Of a DNA stretch of 64,000 nucleotides, positions 24,765 through 37,925 are shown in pieces (the first letter of the stretch is position 1; the number at the start of each line of letters is the position of its first letter). The DNA comes from Octopus vulgaris (lineage: Eukaryota). A model generated the notes under the pieces. The model was given only the letters and a program-made list of their open reading frames with translations. It made no database searches and was not told where the DNA came from. The DNA lies in NCBI GenBank assembly GCA_951406725.2, contig OX597814.1, positions 102,486,001-102,550,000 on the forward strand, written 5' to 3'. The position numbers and the translations under genes are program-made.

Positions 24765-24846
24765 ATGACCAATCTAAAACACATGTTTGTAATTGTTATT
24801 AGAAAGAAAAGAAGCTTGCTGGAATTATTCCAGTGGTCTCAGTTAA
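24765..24846 (-). pseudogene. Duplicate of exon X (copy 2): DHWNNS...QLQTCVLDWS
   Basis: Homologous to 23483-23560 with the same donor T|GTAATG; carries TGG where copy 1 has TAG and TGA. Confidence 0.5.
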
Positions 24847-25049
24847 ATGAGTAACATTCAGAATATTCTTTTGTTATTCTAAAACATAAATGTTGTTTTG
24901 TAGACAGGGTGTCCTTGATAAGGATTGTAACATAGGCACAAAGTCAAAAATTTTGAAGGAGGAAACATTTGAGCAAATCAACTTCAGTGTTTGACTGGAA
25001 CTTACTTTATTAATTGAGTAAGGATGAAAGATAAAGTTGATCTCTATAT

Positions 25050-25310
25050 ACACAGTGTACTGTTTAGTGAATAATAAAAATAAGTTTCTTCCCATCAGCT
25101 CTGAAGGCTTCAGACAGAAAATAGTTTTTCATACAATATTAACTACTTCAAGCAATGCAGACTTTATTTTTTATATAATATTGATGCTTGTCTTTATTTG
25201 TAGTTATCTGATGAACAATTGATTCCTAATGTTCTGGCTATTGTTAGTTTCACACTTGTCCTCCTCTTTCACATTCTTGAGAATTTTAACCAAAGATATG
25301 AGTACTTAAC
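25050..25310 (-). pseudogene. Exon relic LVKILKNVKEEDKCETNNSQNIRNQLFIR*LQIKTSINII*KIKSALLEVVNIV*KTIFCLKPSELMGRNLF
   Basis: Single long frame with point stops only. Confidence 0.3.
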
Positions 25311-25488
25311 AACTTTTTCAAATTCACTTTATACAATATGGTAGTCAGTAAGTACAGCAATGTCTATATTTAAAAATATTCATTTGTTATATGCATTATT
25401 ATATAAAGTATACTTTTCTTTCCGTTACAATAACCTCAATATCACACTTTAGGTGTTACATTTTGCAGATCGATTTTCATGTTAAATA

Positions 25489-25708
25489 AGCCCTTTGCTT
25501 ATTTTTCAGTATTTTATTTAATTTTTTTTTTACCCCTTATTCAGAGAGAGAAGAGCAGCACTCTTAACCCTTTTGTTTAGAGCAAGGCCTCTGATGCAGC
25601 CCTTTGCTTATTTTTCAGTATTTTATTTAATTTTTTTTTTACCCCTTATTCAGAGAGAGAAGAGCAGCACCCTTAACCCTTTTGTTTAGAGCAAGGCCTC
25701 TGATGCAG
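25489..25708. repeat. Recent ~109-bp tandem duplication
   Basis: Two nearly identical units starting agccctttgcttatttttcag and ending ggcctctgatgc. Confidence 0.93.
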
Positions 25709-25723
25709 GTGGGAAGAAGTTAC

Positions 25724-25853
25724 CCACAAACTAGAGACTGCCCAAAGCATTTTCATAAATTTGTCTGAAACATCCATGCTTGTTTTCAGACTTTCAATAG
25801 CCCATTTTTCTTTCATACATTCTGAATAATATAAAGCTTTCCTTTCATAAGTC
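25724..25853 (-). pseudogene. Open 130-nt exon TYERKALYYSECMKEKWAIESLKTSMDVSDKFMKMLWAVSSLW
   Basis: Acceptor ttttttttcaactAG, donor TGG|GTAACT, no stop in frame. Confidence 0.4.
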
Positions 25854-26049
25854 CTAGTTGAAAAAAAAATTGGGGAATGGGTATCATAAATGATACATGG
25901 ATACCAGGGAAATATGTTCAATGTATCACATGGTGCACAGGACAGGCAAAGGGTTAATTCAAAGAGTGCAAAGCTTTCTTTATTTCTTCCCGTGTCTTCC
26001 TCTTCTGCAAGTTTCTTCTATTTCCTGGCTGCTCTTACTACTAACCACT

Positions 26050-26165
26050 CCTGTACATCTGTTAAAAGCAAAGTCTTTATTTCACTGTCAGACTGTCTGC
26101 AATCCCACAATCCCTCCTGCACACTTATATTTTACACTGGGTATACCATATGGAAAGCCTTTTTA
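26050..26165 (-). mobile_element. RTE LINE internal fragment (Cys-rich PHD-like segment)
   Basis: SIWYTQCKI*VCRRDCGIADSLTVK / DFAFNRCTG resembles the SIxCTQCKxWxHKRCSGI motif of RTE ORF2. Confidence 0.5.
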
Positions 26166-26289
26166 GTGTCTACTCCTTGTGAAAGCACATAACATTAAGT
26201 AATGTATTACAGACAATTAACATACAAGGCAGTGCCCCAGCATGGCCACAGTCTAATGACTGAGACAAGTAAAAGATAAAAAGTAATAG

Positions 26290-27180
26290 ATATTGTGCAC
26301 TAGCACCTTCCAGTGGCAGTGGAGCCTCTCTTCTTTTCTACTACCCAAAACTTTTGCATTTGATGGTAGCTGTAGAAGATAAAGGGATAAGGAAAAATAA
26401 ACACATCTGTGAGATGGTGGTTGTATGTTGATGAGTGAAACTTTGCCAATAAGCCAGATGATTTTTGTGTTCAGATATAGTTGAGAAAGTTTGCATATGT
26501 TGTAGAAATGCCCTCTCAGCTATGTGGGTAATACAGTAATATGGGTTGCATATGTGCTTTGGAGTAGGCCAGCAACTGAGAGGATTTCAAGTACATTATT
26601 CAGGTTAAGCTTGTTGTATGTTTTCACTTTGTCTATGAAAGATCCCCAGAAATTGTGAAGCTTAACATTTTGTTTTTAAATTTAAATTTAAATTAATTTT
26701 TTGTTTGTGATTTTAGGTTCTTTAGTTGTGTTAAGATTAGATATAGTGCAAGATTGTTTTCTTGATATGTATGGTGAGTGTGTCTTTGTAATTTGGTTTC
26801 CATGTCATCGTTTGAGGATGTTTACAAGATCTTTGTTCATGGAAGCACAGTATGAAGTGTTAAGGTTGTATCTGGAAAGTTCAAGAAGAGTGAAGAATGG
26901 TATCATATTTCAAGGTATCTGTATTGTTAGAAGTGACAGTTAAATAGAATTAATGAAGAGTGTGTGGGGCATATCAGACCTCAAGATATAACAGAGTTAA
27001 TATAATGTAAATCAGAGATAATTCCATTGAAACACACTGTAAAGTTCTGATTCAAAGGATAAGAAATAGATAGATCCCATAGGTAGGAAACTAAACTTGG
27101 ATATTCTTGGACAAGACATGGTGGCATCTGGAATCCTTCTGGGTTACCATTTCAAGGTCACTAGCCAAATTAATAACATT
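26290..27180 (-). mobile_element. Decayed CR1/L2-like LINE reverse-transcriptase region
   Basis: G/T-rich antisense LINE-like composition with RT-like fragments; heavily mutated. Confidence 0.4.
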
Positions 27181-27665
27181 CTCCTCTTTTTCTCAAAGAG
27201 TCAACTGTGATTATAAAAGAAATGAGATATTTGAAATGAAATGTGTTGCATATGTTTTGTTGGACTTAAAACAGTTTACAATAAAAACGGACACAAACGA
27301 ATGAAGAATGTAATCAAATATCAATAGCACAGGCTGTTGTATGAAAAAGATGACTGAATTGAATGAAGTTATACATATATACATACATACATATATCATC
27401 TTCTGTCTTTTACTTGTTGTAATTGAGTTGTAGCCATGCTGGGACACCACCTAGAAGGGTTCAGTCAAACAAATCAACCACAGCACTTGTTTTTTTCCAA
27501 AGCCTGATACTTATCCTATCAGTCTTTTGCTGAACCACTAAGTTATAGGAACATGAACCATAAACAAACCAACACCAGTTGTCAAGCTGTGGTAGGGGAC
27601 CAACACATACACACAACAGGCTTCTTTCAGTTTCCATCTACCAAATCCACTCATGAGGTTCTGGT

Positions 27666-27952
27666 GTGGAGGCACCTGGCCTAGTGGTTAGAGCAGCAGA
27701 CTCGTGGTCGAGGGATCACAGGTTCAAATCTCAGACCAGGCGATGTGTGTGTTTATGAGTGAAACACCTAAGCTCCACGTGGCTCTAGCAGAAGGTAATG
27801 GCTGACTTCTGCTGACTTTTTTGCCACAACTTTCTCTTACTCTTTCCTCTTACAGTTCACCTGCGATGGACCAGCATCCCGTCCAGGTGGGGAACCTATA
27901 TGCCACAGAAACCGGCCCTTATGAGCCAGGCACAGCTCGAGAAGGAACAAAC
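27666..27952 (+). mobile_element. tRNA-SINE nested in an older SINE, with 13-bp TSD
   Basis: A box TGGCCTAGTGG, B box GGTTCAAATC; flanked by atgaggttctggt / atgaggctatggt. Confidence 0.85.
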
Positions 27953-28289
27953 ATGAGGCTATGGTCAACCCAGAGTAGTAGCAGAAGACATTTGCCCAAA
28001 GCACCCATCATGTGGGACTAAATACAAGACCACATGGTAGGGAAACAAGGTTCTTAACCACACAGCAACCTTCATATATCCACCATCATCATCATGTTTG
28101 TTTTTCTATGCTTGCACAGATTGGTCAGTTATTCTCCAGTAGTTTCTTGTCACTTGTTGCAGTCCTTTGTCATCTCCTTCATGAGATTCACCTTCATCAA
28201 TTCCTTGCTATAACATTTATAAGTTACATTTATTTATATTAAACACAAATGTTCATTCTTTATACTTTATGATATTAATATCTTTTAAA

Positions 28290-28696
28290 TCTGCAGTATT
28301 AATTTGAAGATATAAGCTTATATAAATACCAACAGTATGCTAGGCCATGACCAACTTTAAAACTGTTTTATTCTTAATTTGTTTAGTAAGAAAGTCTTTA
28401 AATATATCATTTATTCTTCAGTTTTAATAAACTTTTTCTCATTCAAGTCTCAACTACTTTTGAATAATTTTTACATGTGCTTGTTTCTCTCTTATGCCTC
28501 TCCCTTCTTAAGATTAATTCTGATATGTTTTGATTAGTTAAGTCTGTATAAAAATATTTTTAGTCTTCTTTTGATAATTTTAGTATTATAAGCCATTGAA
28601 GAGAACATGCAGGTGTGATCATGATTTTGATCTAATTCAGTAGTTACGGCTGTGCAATTTTCTTGTGTTAGATTGTTTATATAACTGGAAGTAATC
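28290..28696 (-). pseudogene. Exon relic (ITSSYINNLTQENCTAVTTELDQNHDH...; DIFKDFLTKQIKNKTVLKLVMA)
   Basis: Acceptor tactatttcAG at 28698-28697; protein-like broken frames. Confidence 0.3.
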
Positions 28697-30644
28697 CTGA
28701 AATAGTAATTTGGCAATACATGTTAGGGGAAAATTCATGTAACACACTGTACTGCAAATGGAAACTGAAAGAAGCTCATCGTGTGTGTGTGTGTGTGTTG
28801 CCTTGACATCATGATAGTTGTAAACAAGTGTCACTGTCATGCAAACAGTGTCTTTTGTGACTAATCTTCCGAGAAAATGTTATATTACCTAATTTGGAAA
28901 CAAATGATGGTAAGTGACAGGAAGGGCATCTGGCCATAGATAATTCACATGAAAAAGCAGATTCTAAAATGATGGCGATGATGATGATGACTAGACAGGG
29001 TGATAAAATTTTCCATATCAGAAATAGAGTATATGTAATTTAATTCAAGTTTTCAGGTCAAAATTCCAAGTTTTAAACGTATGCCAGTAAAAATTTGCAT
29101 AGAATTGAAAGAGCAGTAGCATAGATTTGATACAATTCTATATAAATTTTCTCTGGAGTTTACCTGAAACTCTGAATACTATCTATTGACTGATTCTATA
29201 ATGTGGTAAAAAAAATTTCAGCTCTGTTTTCTAGTAATGAGTTTTAGTTCTTTTGTTTCATGACATTTAACTATACACAGATAATGTCAGGCTTCCGCAC
29301 AGTCTCCAATTACCTAATTTTAATTATGATGAGCCCAAGGCTATGGTAGAAAACATGGTTCAAGGTTCAATCCTGCAGCATGGTACATTGGCCATGTCAG
29401 TGTTTAAAGTTCCTGTATTACATAACAATCTTGATTAGCACTTTAAATACGATATTTTGCCTTTGATTATGCATCTAAGTAAAAAGTATGGCAAGATTAT
29501 ATCACAAAATCTTATGATTATAAGTCTAGCATAATTTCTACTGTTCCACTGGTAATTTATTACATTTTGTCTATTTTTCCTTATACAGCTTCATAACATA
29601 ACAGCTATATGCATGTATGTATATTTGCTTTGTTAATCTTTTTTGTCCAATATAATATATTGTAAAAAATTATCTTTCATTCTCCCTCTCCCTCTGTCTG
29701 TGTGTGTGTGTTAAGAAACTAAAAAAGAAAGGTATAAGAGAGACAAGGGACAGCTGGGGTATAGAGCTGAAAATAATTAGATAGAAAGGTGAGTGAGGTA
29801 ATTTTCCTAATTTCTCCAACAGTATCTGCATAAAAAGAAATATGTCAATTGACAATGGAATATGAGATAAGAGAGTGAAAGAGGTGGGAGTAGATGCTGC
29901 AGCTCACTGGGGGAAGGGCAAAAGAAAGAAAGAGAGAAAGTGTTTTCTTTTTCTCTTTGCTGAAAATATAACTGATTTAAGAAAAATACTGGTGGTGAGG
30001 AAAGAAAATAGTTTTGGCCCAATATTGACAGAGGTGCATACTGACCTAACAAGTCTTGTGTATTTCTATGTGCAGGTACATAATGTGTAAGGTTGTATGC
30101 ATGTGTGTATTTATATACATGCGCATGCTCATACATGCATTCAATTTATAGTTTACTCCTGGTTTGCAGCAGGTGTTGTATTCAGTTTCTCTAAAGCTCC
30201 TTACCCAAAGAGAGAGAGAGAGAGCATGTGTGCACGTGCACTCTCACGAATGTGTATGTCTGTGCAAGTGTGTATATATGTTTGTGTTAGTGTATGCATG
30301 TATGTATGATTTGCACCTACATATACATGTGAAGACTAACTGAATTTAACAATAGGTGATATATTACCTTTTCTCCACTTAAAATTGGATCTAACACAAC
30401 ATTCACTTTTAAGTGGGGGATAAGATAAATATTACCTTTCGGTATTAATAATGCTAATGAACTTAACAATATTTCTTAAATTCCTTGAAAACATATTCTA
30501 ATTTTTAAAATCCCACAAGAACACATTGCTGAAGTTTCAGTGTTTCCTCAGATACTTGTTAATCATTTTATGTTTTTCAATGTTTAGGTGAAGAAGCTAT
30601 CCAATTTAATTTGGTTTATTATCACTGTATACAAATATTAAATG

Positions 30645-31176
30645 CAGGTACAACATTGATTTTCTGGAGCCTTTGGTTCCAAAGCGTTTCCAGATTACCA
30701 ATTCTTCCAAACTAGGGATGGTCACAATTAAACAAATATCGAGTTCAAATTTTGGCAGAAGGTCAGCAATTTTGGGAGAGGAGATAAGTAGATTACATCA
30801 ACCTCAGTTCTCAACTGATGCTTATTTTATTGATCCTGAAAGAATGAAAGGCAAAGTCAACATCAGCAGAATTTGAACTCAGAACATGAACGCATGCCAC
30901 TAAGCATTTTGCCCAGCGTGTTAACAATTCTGACAACTTGCTGCCTTAAATTAAACAAATATTAAATTTACTTAAATAATCAAATAAAATACAGGCTTGT
31001 ACAGTAGTATAAATATTACAAGTTTATTAATACTGTACTGTGCAAGTTACTGTAAAACAGGACCACCCAGTGAACTAGTCTGGCAGCTGCAGGAATTTGA
31101 AGTTCTTGCTTATAAATTAGTATGAATTATAAGAGGTTCCAGACCATCAGTGTCTGGAAAATTGATGTTGTACCTG
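30645..31176. mobile_element. Tc1/pogo-type MITE with an internal SINE insertion
   Basis: TIR CAGGTACAACAT...ATGTTGTACCTG followed by TA; minus-strand SINE at ~30745-30945 inside. Confidence 0.7.
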
Positions 31177-32049
31177 TAATACAAGATACTATGGAAATTT
31201 TTATAAAATTATCATATAAAGCTTGTCTTGGTTAGGTTTTTTTCATTGCTTTTTTAAGCCTTAGGCCAATTCTAATTATTAGCCCTAACCATATCTTGTT
31301 TCATAATCAGAATAACTAAATTACTGTCTATCTTGCTGTATGTTGTAGCATAAGATGTCATGTGTTTGCATTGTTTTAAAATTGGTTTCATATACATTCC
31401 AGTTCTGTATTATGCTAGATTGCTTTAAAAGCCAAGGAAGCATCTATCTGTGTTAACAGTACTCAGTCTTTTCAAATTTTTGGTTAATTGCATGGAGGTT
31501 AAGTAAAAAAAATTACTGAATATTGTTTGTTTTATTACTCTAATTAGTGTAATTACTTAATCCACTTAAATAGTGTAAATTATTCAGCAGAGCTATTCAC
31601 ATGGAAAATTTGAAAAGTAAACTATGTTTTATAGTTAATATTGAATTGACAATTTTTTTTAAAAGTAAGTTTAAGAATAATGTAGAACACCTACCAGTTG
31701 GGGTTCTCTAGACTCCTTACTGTGAGTAGAGTCAAATTTAATGTAAAGTTCATGCAGCTTAAGACTGTTAGCTTTGCCTGATGACTCATTTTACCAGACC
31801 AATAGAAAAAGTTATCAGGCAAAACTTAGTCATTAACATGAATGTTTTAAAATTTAGTGAAAAATGGTTGAGAAGCAGACTTTCCAACCATTTGATTCTG
31901 AGTTCATTCCCACTACATGGTACCTTGGTTAAGTGTCTTTTACAATAGACCCCGGCCAATCAAAGCCAATTGGATTTGTAGACAGAAACAACAATGGGAC
32001 TGAACTTGATACCATGTACATAGTAAGCAATATTCTTTATCACATAGTT

Positions 32050-32300
32050 AAGACCTCGTGACTGGCACGAACTGATTAGATTTTGGAATCAATCCGGTAC
32101 TGAACAAGGATTCTGGATTATTTTTCTTGTTTTTTTTACTTAATTTTTGAGAGCGATCGGGTTCATTTTTAGTATTCTCATTTGTTAGAGCAGTTGAGTT
32201 TATTTCAGATATTCTCATTTTAAAAATCATCTCTGGCTAATCGTTGAGAGGACGTTAGTGTTGCCTTGGTGGAGCTTTGCACTCTCTGAGTGCTCTTGTT
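32050..32300 (+). mobile_element. Helentron/HINE-like non-autonomous element 3' end
   Basis: Terminal hairpin GCACTC-TCT-GAGTGC (32279-32293) preceded by ccttggtggag and followed by a T-rich end; CpGs retained. Confidence 0.55.
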
Positions 32301-34575
32301 TTATTTAATTTGCTCAAAATTTTTTGAAGAAAAAATCGTAAACAAATAAATAAGACACATTACCATACTTTTCCAATTTGACGTTTCCTATGAATAATTA
32401 ACTTTAAAAAATTGCCATCATTGATGTTGTTATGTTATTGTTATTTAATTCAAATTTAGTTTTCAAACACAGACTGTATAATCAAAGACATTTCAACCGT
32501 GACAATTCCATCATTTTCTTTATACATCATGTATCTTGGACAACTATTGATGGAATTTTGCATTAGGTATCCCATACCTTATGAGAAAGGAAAAGATTAT
32601 TTTTTAAAGTATTCTTGTGTTTTTCATACAACGGAAATTATGATTCTGGAAAAGGAAAGAAAATCAAAATCTTAAAATTTTGTTGCCTTTCTCGTATGCA
32701 TAGGACACCTAATTTGAAATTCCTTCCATCTTTCTTTTAAGAAAGTCAGTAGGATGTGTATTGGTTCAAGGGATATTTGGCTGCTATCTCTAACAAGTCA
32801 AGCGACCGTGTATACATCGTCCTCAGTGGTTTGTGTTGTTGCTGTTTTAGGACAATAGATATTGGCAAGAATCACTGATGACTGGACAAAAAATGCCTAG
32901 GGTTATTTTGTTAGGTCTCTTTCCATCCAGAATGACTTTACTGTGCTTTCCATCGGTCTGGGTTCAATAAGATAGTTGCTCTCAGACAGGTTTATGGTTG
33001 AGCCTGTGGCAGTGGAGACCTCTTGTGTTCTTGGCACCCAGACCATATCTCTGCTCAGTGCTATAGGGGCAGAGATGGCTGTCTGCAAGTGCGAACCCCG
33101 TGAGTCTGAGTAGCTGTTCCAGTGCACCTCCCTCACCATTCTCCAGGGCAACGTTATTTCCATTTTGTCTGCTGGGACCATGAGGCAGTTTGACTTACAG
33201 GAAATTCTATGTTTCATTCCTTAAATATTTTAAGATTCATACATTAATTTATTACTAAAATATTAGTCTTCTGATTTTCACTGATCAAACAGACGAAGAA
33301 CTTAGTCAAAAGGTAGCAATCAGATACTAAGATTAATCAACTTATACTTCATCCCTGAAATAATGTTGCTTTGTAAACTTAACTGTAATTTGTAATCAAA
33401 AGCAAGATTTGCTCCAGTTTTCTGCAATCTGAATCCAAATCCCACCATAATCAAATTTGATTTGCCTGTCTTTCTTTTGGGGATCTCAAGTAAAAATACC
33501 AGTTCAGGAGCTGGACTGGCAGAATTGTTAGAACATTGGATGAGATTTTCTGCAATAATGTGTTCTGAGTTCAAATTTCACCTGCTGTCAATCATCGGCT
33601 TCCTCATGGTGGGAAAGCAGGTCTTTTGGGACCCGGACAACTGTGAAAGTTCTCTGTTAGATGGAACAGTGTGGACAAATGCAGACGTTGCATCAGGGAA
33701 GACAAACACTGGGACAGAAAGTATCATTTGTATACAAGGATTCTGGATTTTTACGTTCTGAGTTCAGATCCCACTAAGATCAAACTTTGCTTTTCATTTT
33801 TTCGGGATCGATAAAATAAAATACCAGTCAAGTACTGGAATCAATGGTATCAACTAACACCCCTGCCCTAAAAAATTGCTAACTTTGTGCCAAAATTTGA
33901 AATCATTGTACGTACACATAAGAAGGAGGTAAACTGGTAGAATCATTAGTGACATTTTGTCTATCTTTACATTCTTAGTTCAAATTTCACTGGAGTCGAC
34001 TTTGCCCTTTATCCTTTCAGGGTCGATCGACTTAACTTTCGCCATAAAATTGCTGGCCTTGTACCAAAACCTGAAACCATTATTCTTTCACAAGGACAGT
34101 GGATAACAGAATTGGTAGAGTTCCAGACAATATGCCAAGATAAATCTTAAGTATTTTTATGTTCTGAGCTCAAATTAGGCAGGTACTGGCTTTGCTTTTC
34201 ATTCTTCCAGTTTTGGTAATTCAAGTATCAGTCAAGAACTCAGGTTGATATAAATGTTTGAAATGGATAATATAATGAATAATAAAATAACAGTGATGGT
34301 AACGATAATAATAGATTCATGTAGAAACATGTGCCTGACCAAAATGAACATGAAGGTATTTCGAAAGTTAACCATCTGAAACACCATATTTAAATAATAC
34401 AAAGACAAACAATAATTTATAAATAAATGTATCATACAGGTGTGTGTGGAGGATGATAAACCTGACATACACAAACAAACATTTTTGTTAATTTTTTCTT
34501 TTTATTTTATTGTGAACATTGCTTAAACAATTACCAAAGAAATGTTTTTTTTCAATAAGAAATAGTGGCTATCCT

Positions 34576-35236
34576 TCAATATAATCTGACTGTGAGCCAT
34601 TTTGAACGACATACTTGTTTCAGAGTGACCTGTTTTAAAACCTCAGTAACTCTAGTCATTTCTTGTTTAACAGGATAAGATATAAGCTTAGACATATTAT
34701 AGATAATCAGTGAAATGCTTCTGGGTATATTTTCCATTCGGTTGGTATAGAATTTCAACATACAAGAAGTAAGATGATAGTTGAGATAAAGTGTGTTCCA
34801 ATCTAGGTGCAGCTTGGATAATATGAATGTTGAACAGTAGGTAGCCATTGTGAAAATGACCTACTGAAGTTTATGTAAGTTAGTCTTGTGTATAACTTCA
34901 ATTATGATCAATTCATATCTCCCTAGCAGTATCAACAATGTCATCTTGAAGTTTTGGTTTCCTTCCAAATAATCCCAAACTGTATTTTTTAAAATTCGGT
35001 CCCTTTTACTACATCGGACTTCACTTCTCTGAACTAGCAAGTTGCAAAATCTGTCTCATTTTTTCATGATCCTCCTTCATACTCTGCACCAAACTCTCAC
35101 ATAATTTTTCTTTGTTAGATCTTATACTCTCTAGGATTCCTTCCCATATAAGTTTTACTGATGACCTTTCGGGGAAAGTATATATAACTGAAAGTATCTG
35201 TTGGCAATTTCTGTAAAAACTTTTTATTTCTTTCAT
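34576..35236 (-). pseudogene. Large frameshifted exon relic (GILESIRSNKEKLCESLVQSMKEDHEKMRQIL ... KLQDDIVDTAREI ... HIIQAAPRLE ... SIPTEWK ... NMSKLISYPVKQEM)
   Basis: Two ORF-track ORFs plus intervening frames form a colinear protein-like series; recalled similarity to DSTYK LEYTRKKENELYESL...ITLEWK. Confidence 0.45.
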
Positions 35237-37419
35237 TTTTTTCTAGTTGAATTGTTTATGCTTATGTATTTATATGTATGTGTCTATATATGTATATTTT
35301 TAAATATAAGTGCATGTATGTGTTTATGTGCATGTATATTGTACGTACATGCACAATGCTTCAACCGCATTGATCTCACCAGTTTTGAGAGAGAAAGCAG
35401 GAGATTGCTCTGCAAAAGACAAAGTCTCTGTACCTGCTCCTGAGGGTAACAAATAAAACTGTTTCCTTCCCACTCTTATTAGTTCTGACGATTCAAAGGA
35501 GTTCTATGAGTGGCATCTTTTCCGTCAATTAATAAATAGGTTCCAATTGGCTATTTCATAGATGAATAGCATATATATGTGTATTTATGTTGTATTTATC
35601 CCCCACCATCACTCAACAGTCGGTCCTGGTTTGCTCACATCTGCATAACATAGCGGTTCAACAAAAGAGGCCGATAGAGTAATTACTGGGATCAATTTGT
35701 TTGACTAAACTACTTAAGGCAGTGCCCCCACTATGGCTGTAGTTCAATAATTGAAATAAGTAAAAGGTAAAAAGATTACCCATTTGACCCAGAACTTTTT
35801 GTGAAACAACTGGAACTAATATTAGGAATAAAGCAGTTATGAGTCCAATAGCATACACAAAGCTGCACCTTGGGGTCAGAAAATTCTTTTTGTTCCAAAC
35901 CAACAACCAAATTCACACAAAGTGCAAATATAATTTACATTGAAGTAGAAGTCAACTGTTTTGTATGGCGTAGTTACTATATAAACTATTTTAAATAACA
36001 CCAAATAAATAAGGCCACCTTATTGATTACTGAAAACTTTACTTATCATATGATATATATATATCCTTCTCACACCCAAAAGAATTTGACTTAAATTTAC
36101 AGAGAGCTATTTCTTGGTTTTCTGCTTGTAGCATTGCATCAATTCTATCCCGTTGCCCCTACGAAAATTAGAGCTATTTGTTACCAAACTTTACTAATCC
36201 CTTTACGTTATCCAACTTCTCGAACAGTGGTTAGGTATCATCGTTGTGTTTGACACTAAACTATTCGAATGTTTCCCTGTAACTTTCCATGGTGGATTTT
36301 TAGAGCAATTCATAGCATACATTGATGGCAAAAGTTTTTATTATAACATACTAGTTTTCTGGTGTTATTTGTAGTACATGTACTACGTCAGTGTCCTGTA
36401 TGACTTTTTTTCCAGTAAACACGTTAGAAAGTTCAAATAAACAAAAATAACTTAACACACTTTACGTTGCAATTTAACACTGCTTCACCCAACATCTCCA
36501 GTTTCTCAAGTCAACGAGTGTCTTTATGTGGTCGAACGACCTGCTAGAAATAGCAACCAAACTTCACTCAGATTAGACTCCCACTGTCTTCAGTAAAGAC
36601 AGTGGAAAGTGTAGCCCTGATATACTTAAAGACGGGATGGAATGTTTTTCATCCTTACCAATGTAGGTACACAAAGGTCATAGTCACTCCTTTCACATCC
36701 TATAGCTAAATAAATAATTAAGGAAAGAAAAAAGACTTCCTCAGACAACCTAGCACTCGTTGTTATGAAACATGTAAAATTAATCTTGGAAATAAAACAT
36801 CTCGTTGGATTTTTTGCGCCCTCGTTTCTGTCGTATACGTTTAAGGTACAGGATAAAATTATTCAACCTATATTGAGGTTTAAATTATCTTTAAAAATTG
36901 CACAACTGGCGTCAAGGATATATAATCTATTTATAATCCAATACATTTTATTGATATTGGTAGGGCGATTAGCTGGCAAGATCGTTAGCTTGCCGGGCAC
37001 AAAATACTTAGTACCATTTCTTTACGTTTGTTCTGAGTTCAAATTTCGCCGTTGCCGATTCTGCCCTTCCTCCTTTTCAGACTGATAAAAATAATGGCAA
37101 ATTTTGATACTTTCACCCGCACGATTTTCACTAAGAAAAAAAAAAAAAAAACTCGGATTTTTTGCGTGGAATCGAGTACCCTGATCTCCTGTGTCGCAAA
37201 ACCCTTATTTGTGTTCGGAAAAAAGTGGTGGGGGAGGGGGAACGGACCTCCTTTACCATAATAATTACCAGTCGACTAACCACTACCCCCCAAAATTCAG
37301 ATTGGTCTATAATGATATAATACAAAAAATAATAAATCTTTGTTATATTATTATTTATTTTTCTTAATAAAAATGAGTGAAGGGAAAACTTTGCAGCTTG
37401 ATATCGTACACTTCACTAA

Positions 37420-37925
37420 TCTATATATATAAAACTCTAGTTGTGTGAGTGTCTGTCCCCTTCGATTTAGATTCCTAACTCCTCCCACATTTTGCGGTGC
37501 AGTTTAACCAAATTCGGGTATCTTATAGTCGTGATTCATATCGAGCTCGTCTGACTATTAGCGCGCGTCAACGATGAGTCTACGATTTTAAAAATAATTT
37601 AACATCATTTTTTATTCCATTTTAATGCATAAAATGCATCGTATGTCGATGGCGGCGGAGTTGGCGTCCACGCTCACAGCTGCACCTGTTTGCTTCTCCC
37701 CCTTCCCTCCCTCGTGAAGCTGTGGGGAAGGGAGTGTAAAGAAATCAACGTCGTAATGCGTTGTGAAGGAAACCAGCGTTCTTTTAGAACAACGACTTCA
37801 TAGCTTGAAGACACCAAAATAAAAATGGCTAAGAAAGCCCGAATTTATAAGGGAAGTAACTCTCTAAAAATGCTTATATAGTTATTTCCCTTACAAACCC
37901 GAGCAACGCCGGGCGATACTGCTAG
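37420..37925 (+). mobile_element. Non-autonomous Helitron, copy 1
   Basis: 5' TCTATATATATAAA preceded by A; 3' hairpin CCCGAGCAACGCCGGG and a CTAG end. Confidence 0.9.

Noticed and set aside
25673-25958. TTAACCCTTTTG...CAAAGGGTTAA as a piggyBac MITE enclosing the 25724-25853 exon
   Set aside because: TIR match is only ~6-7 bp and the left end lies inside the tandem duplication; insufficient support.
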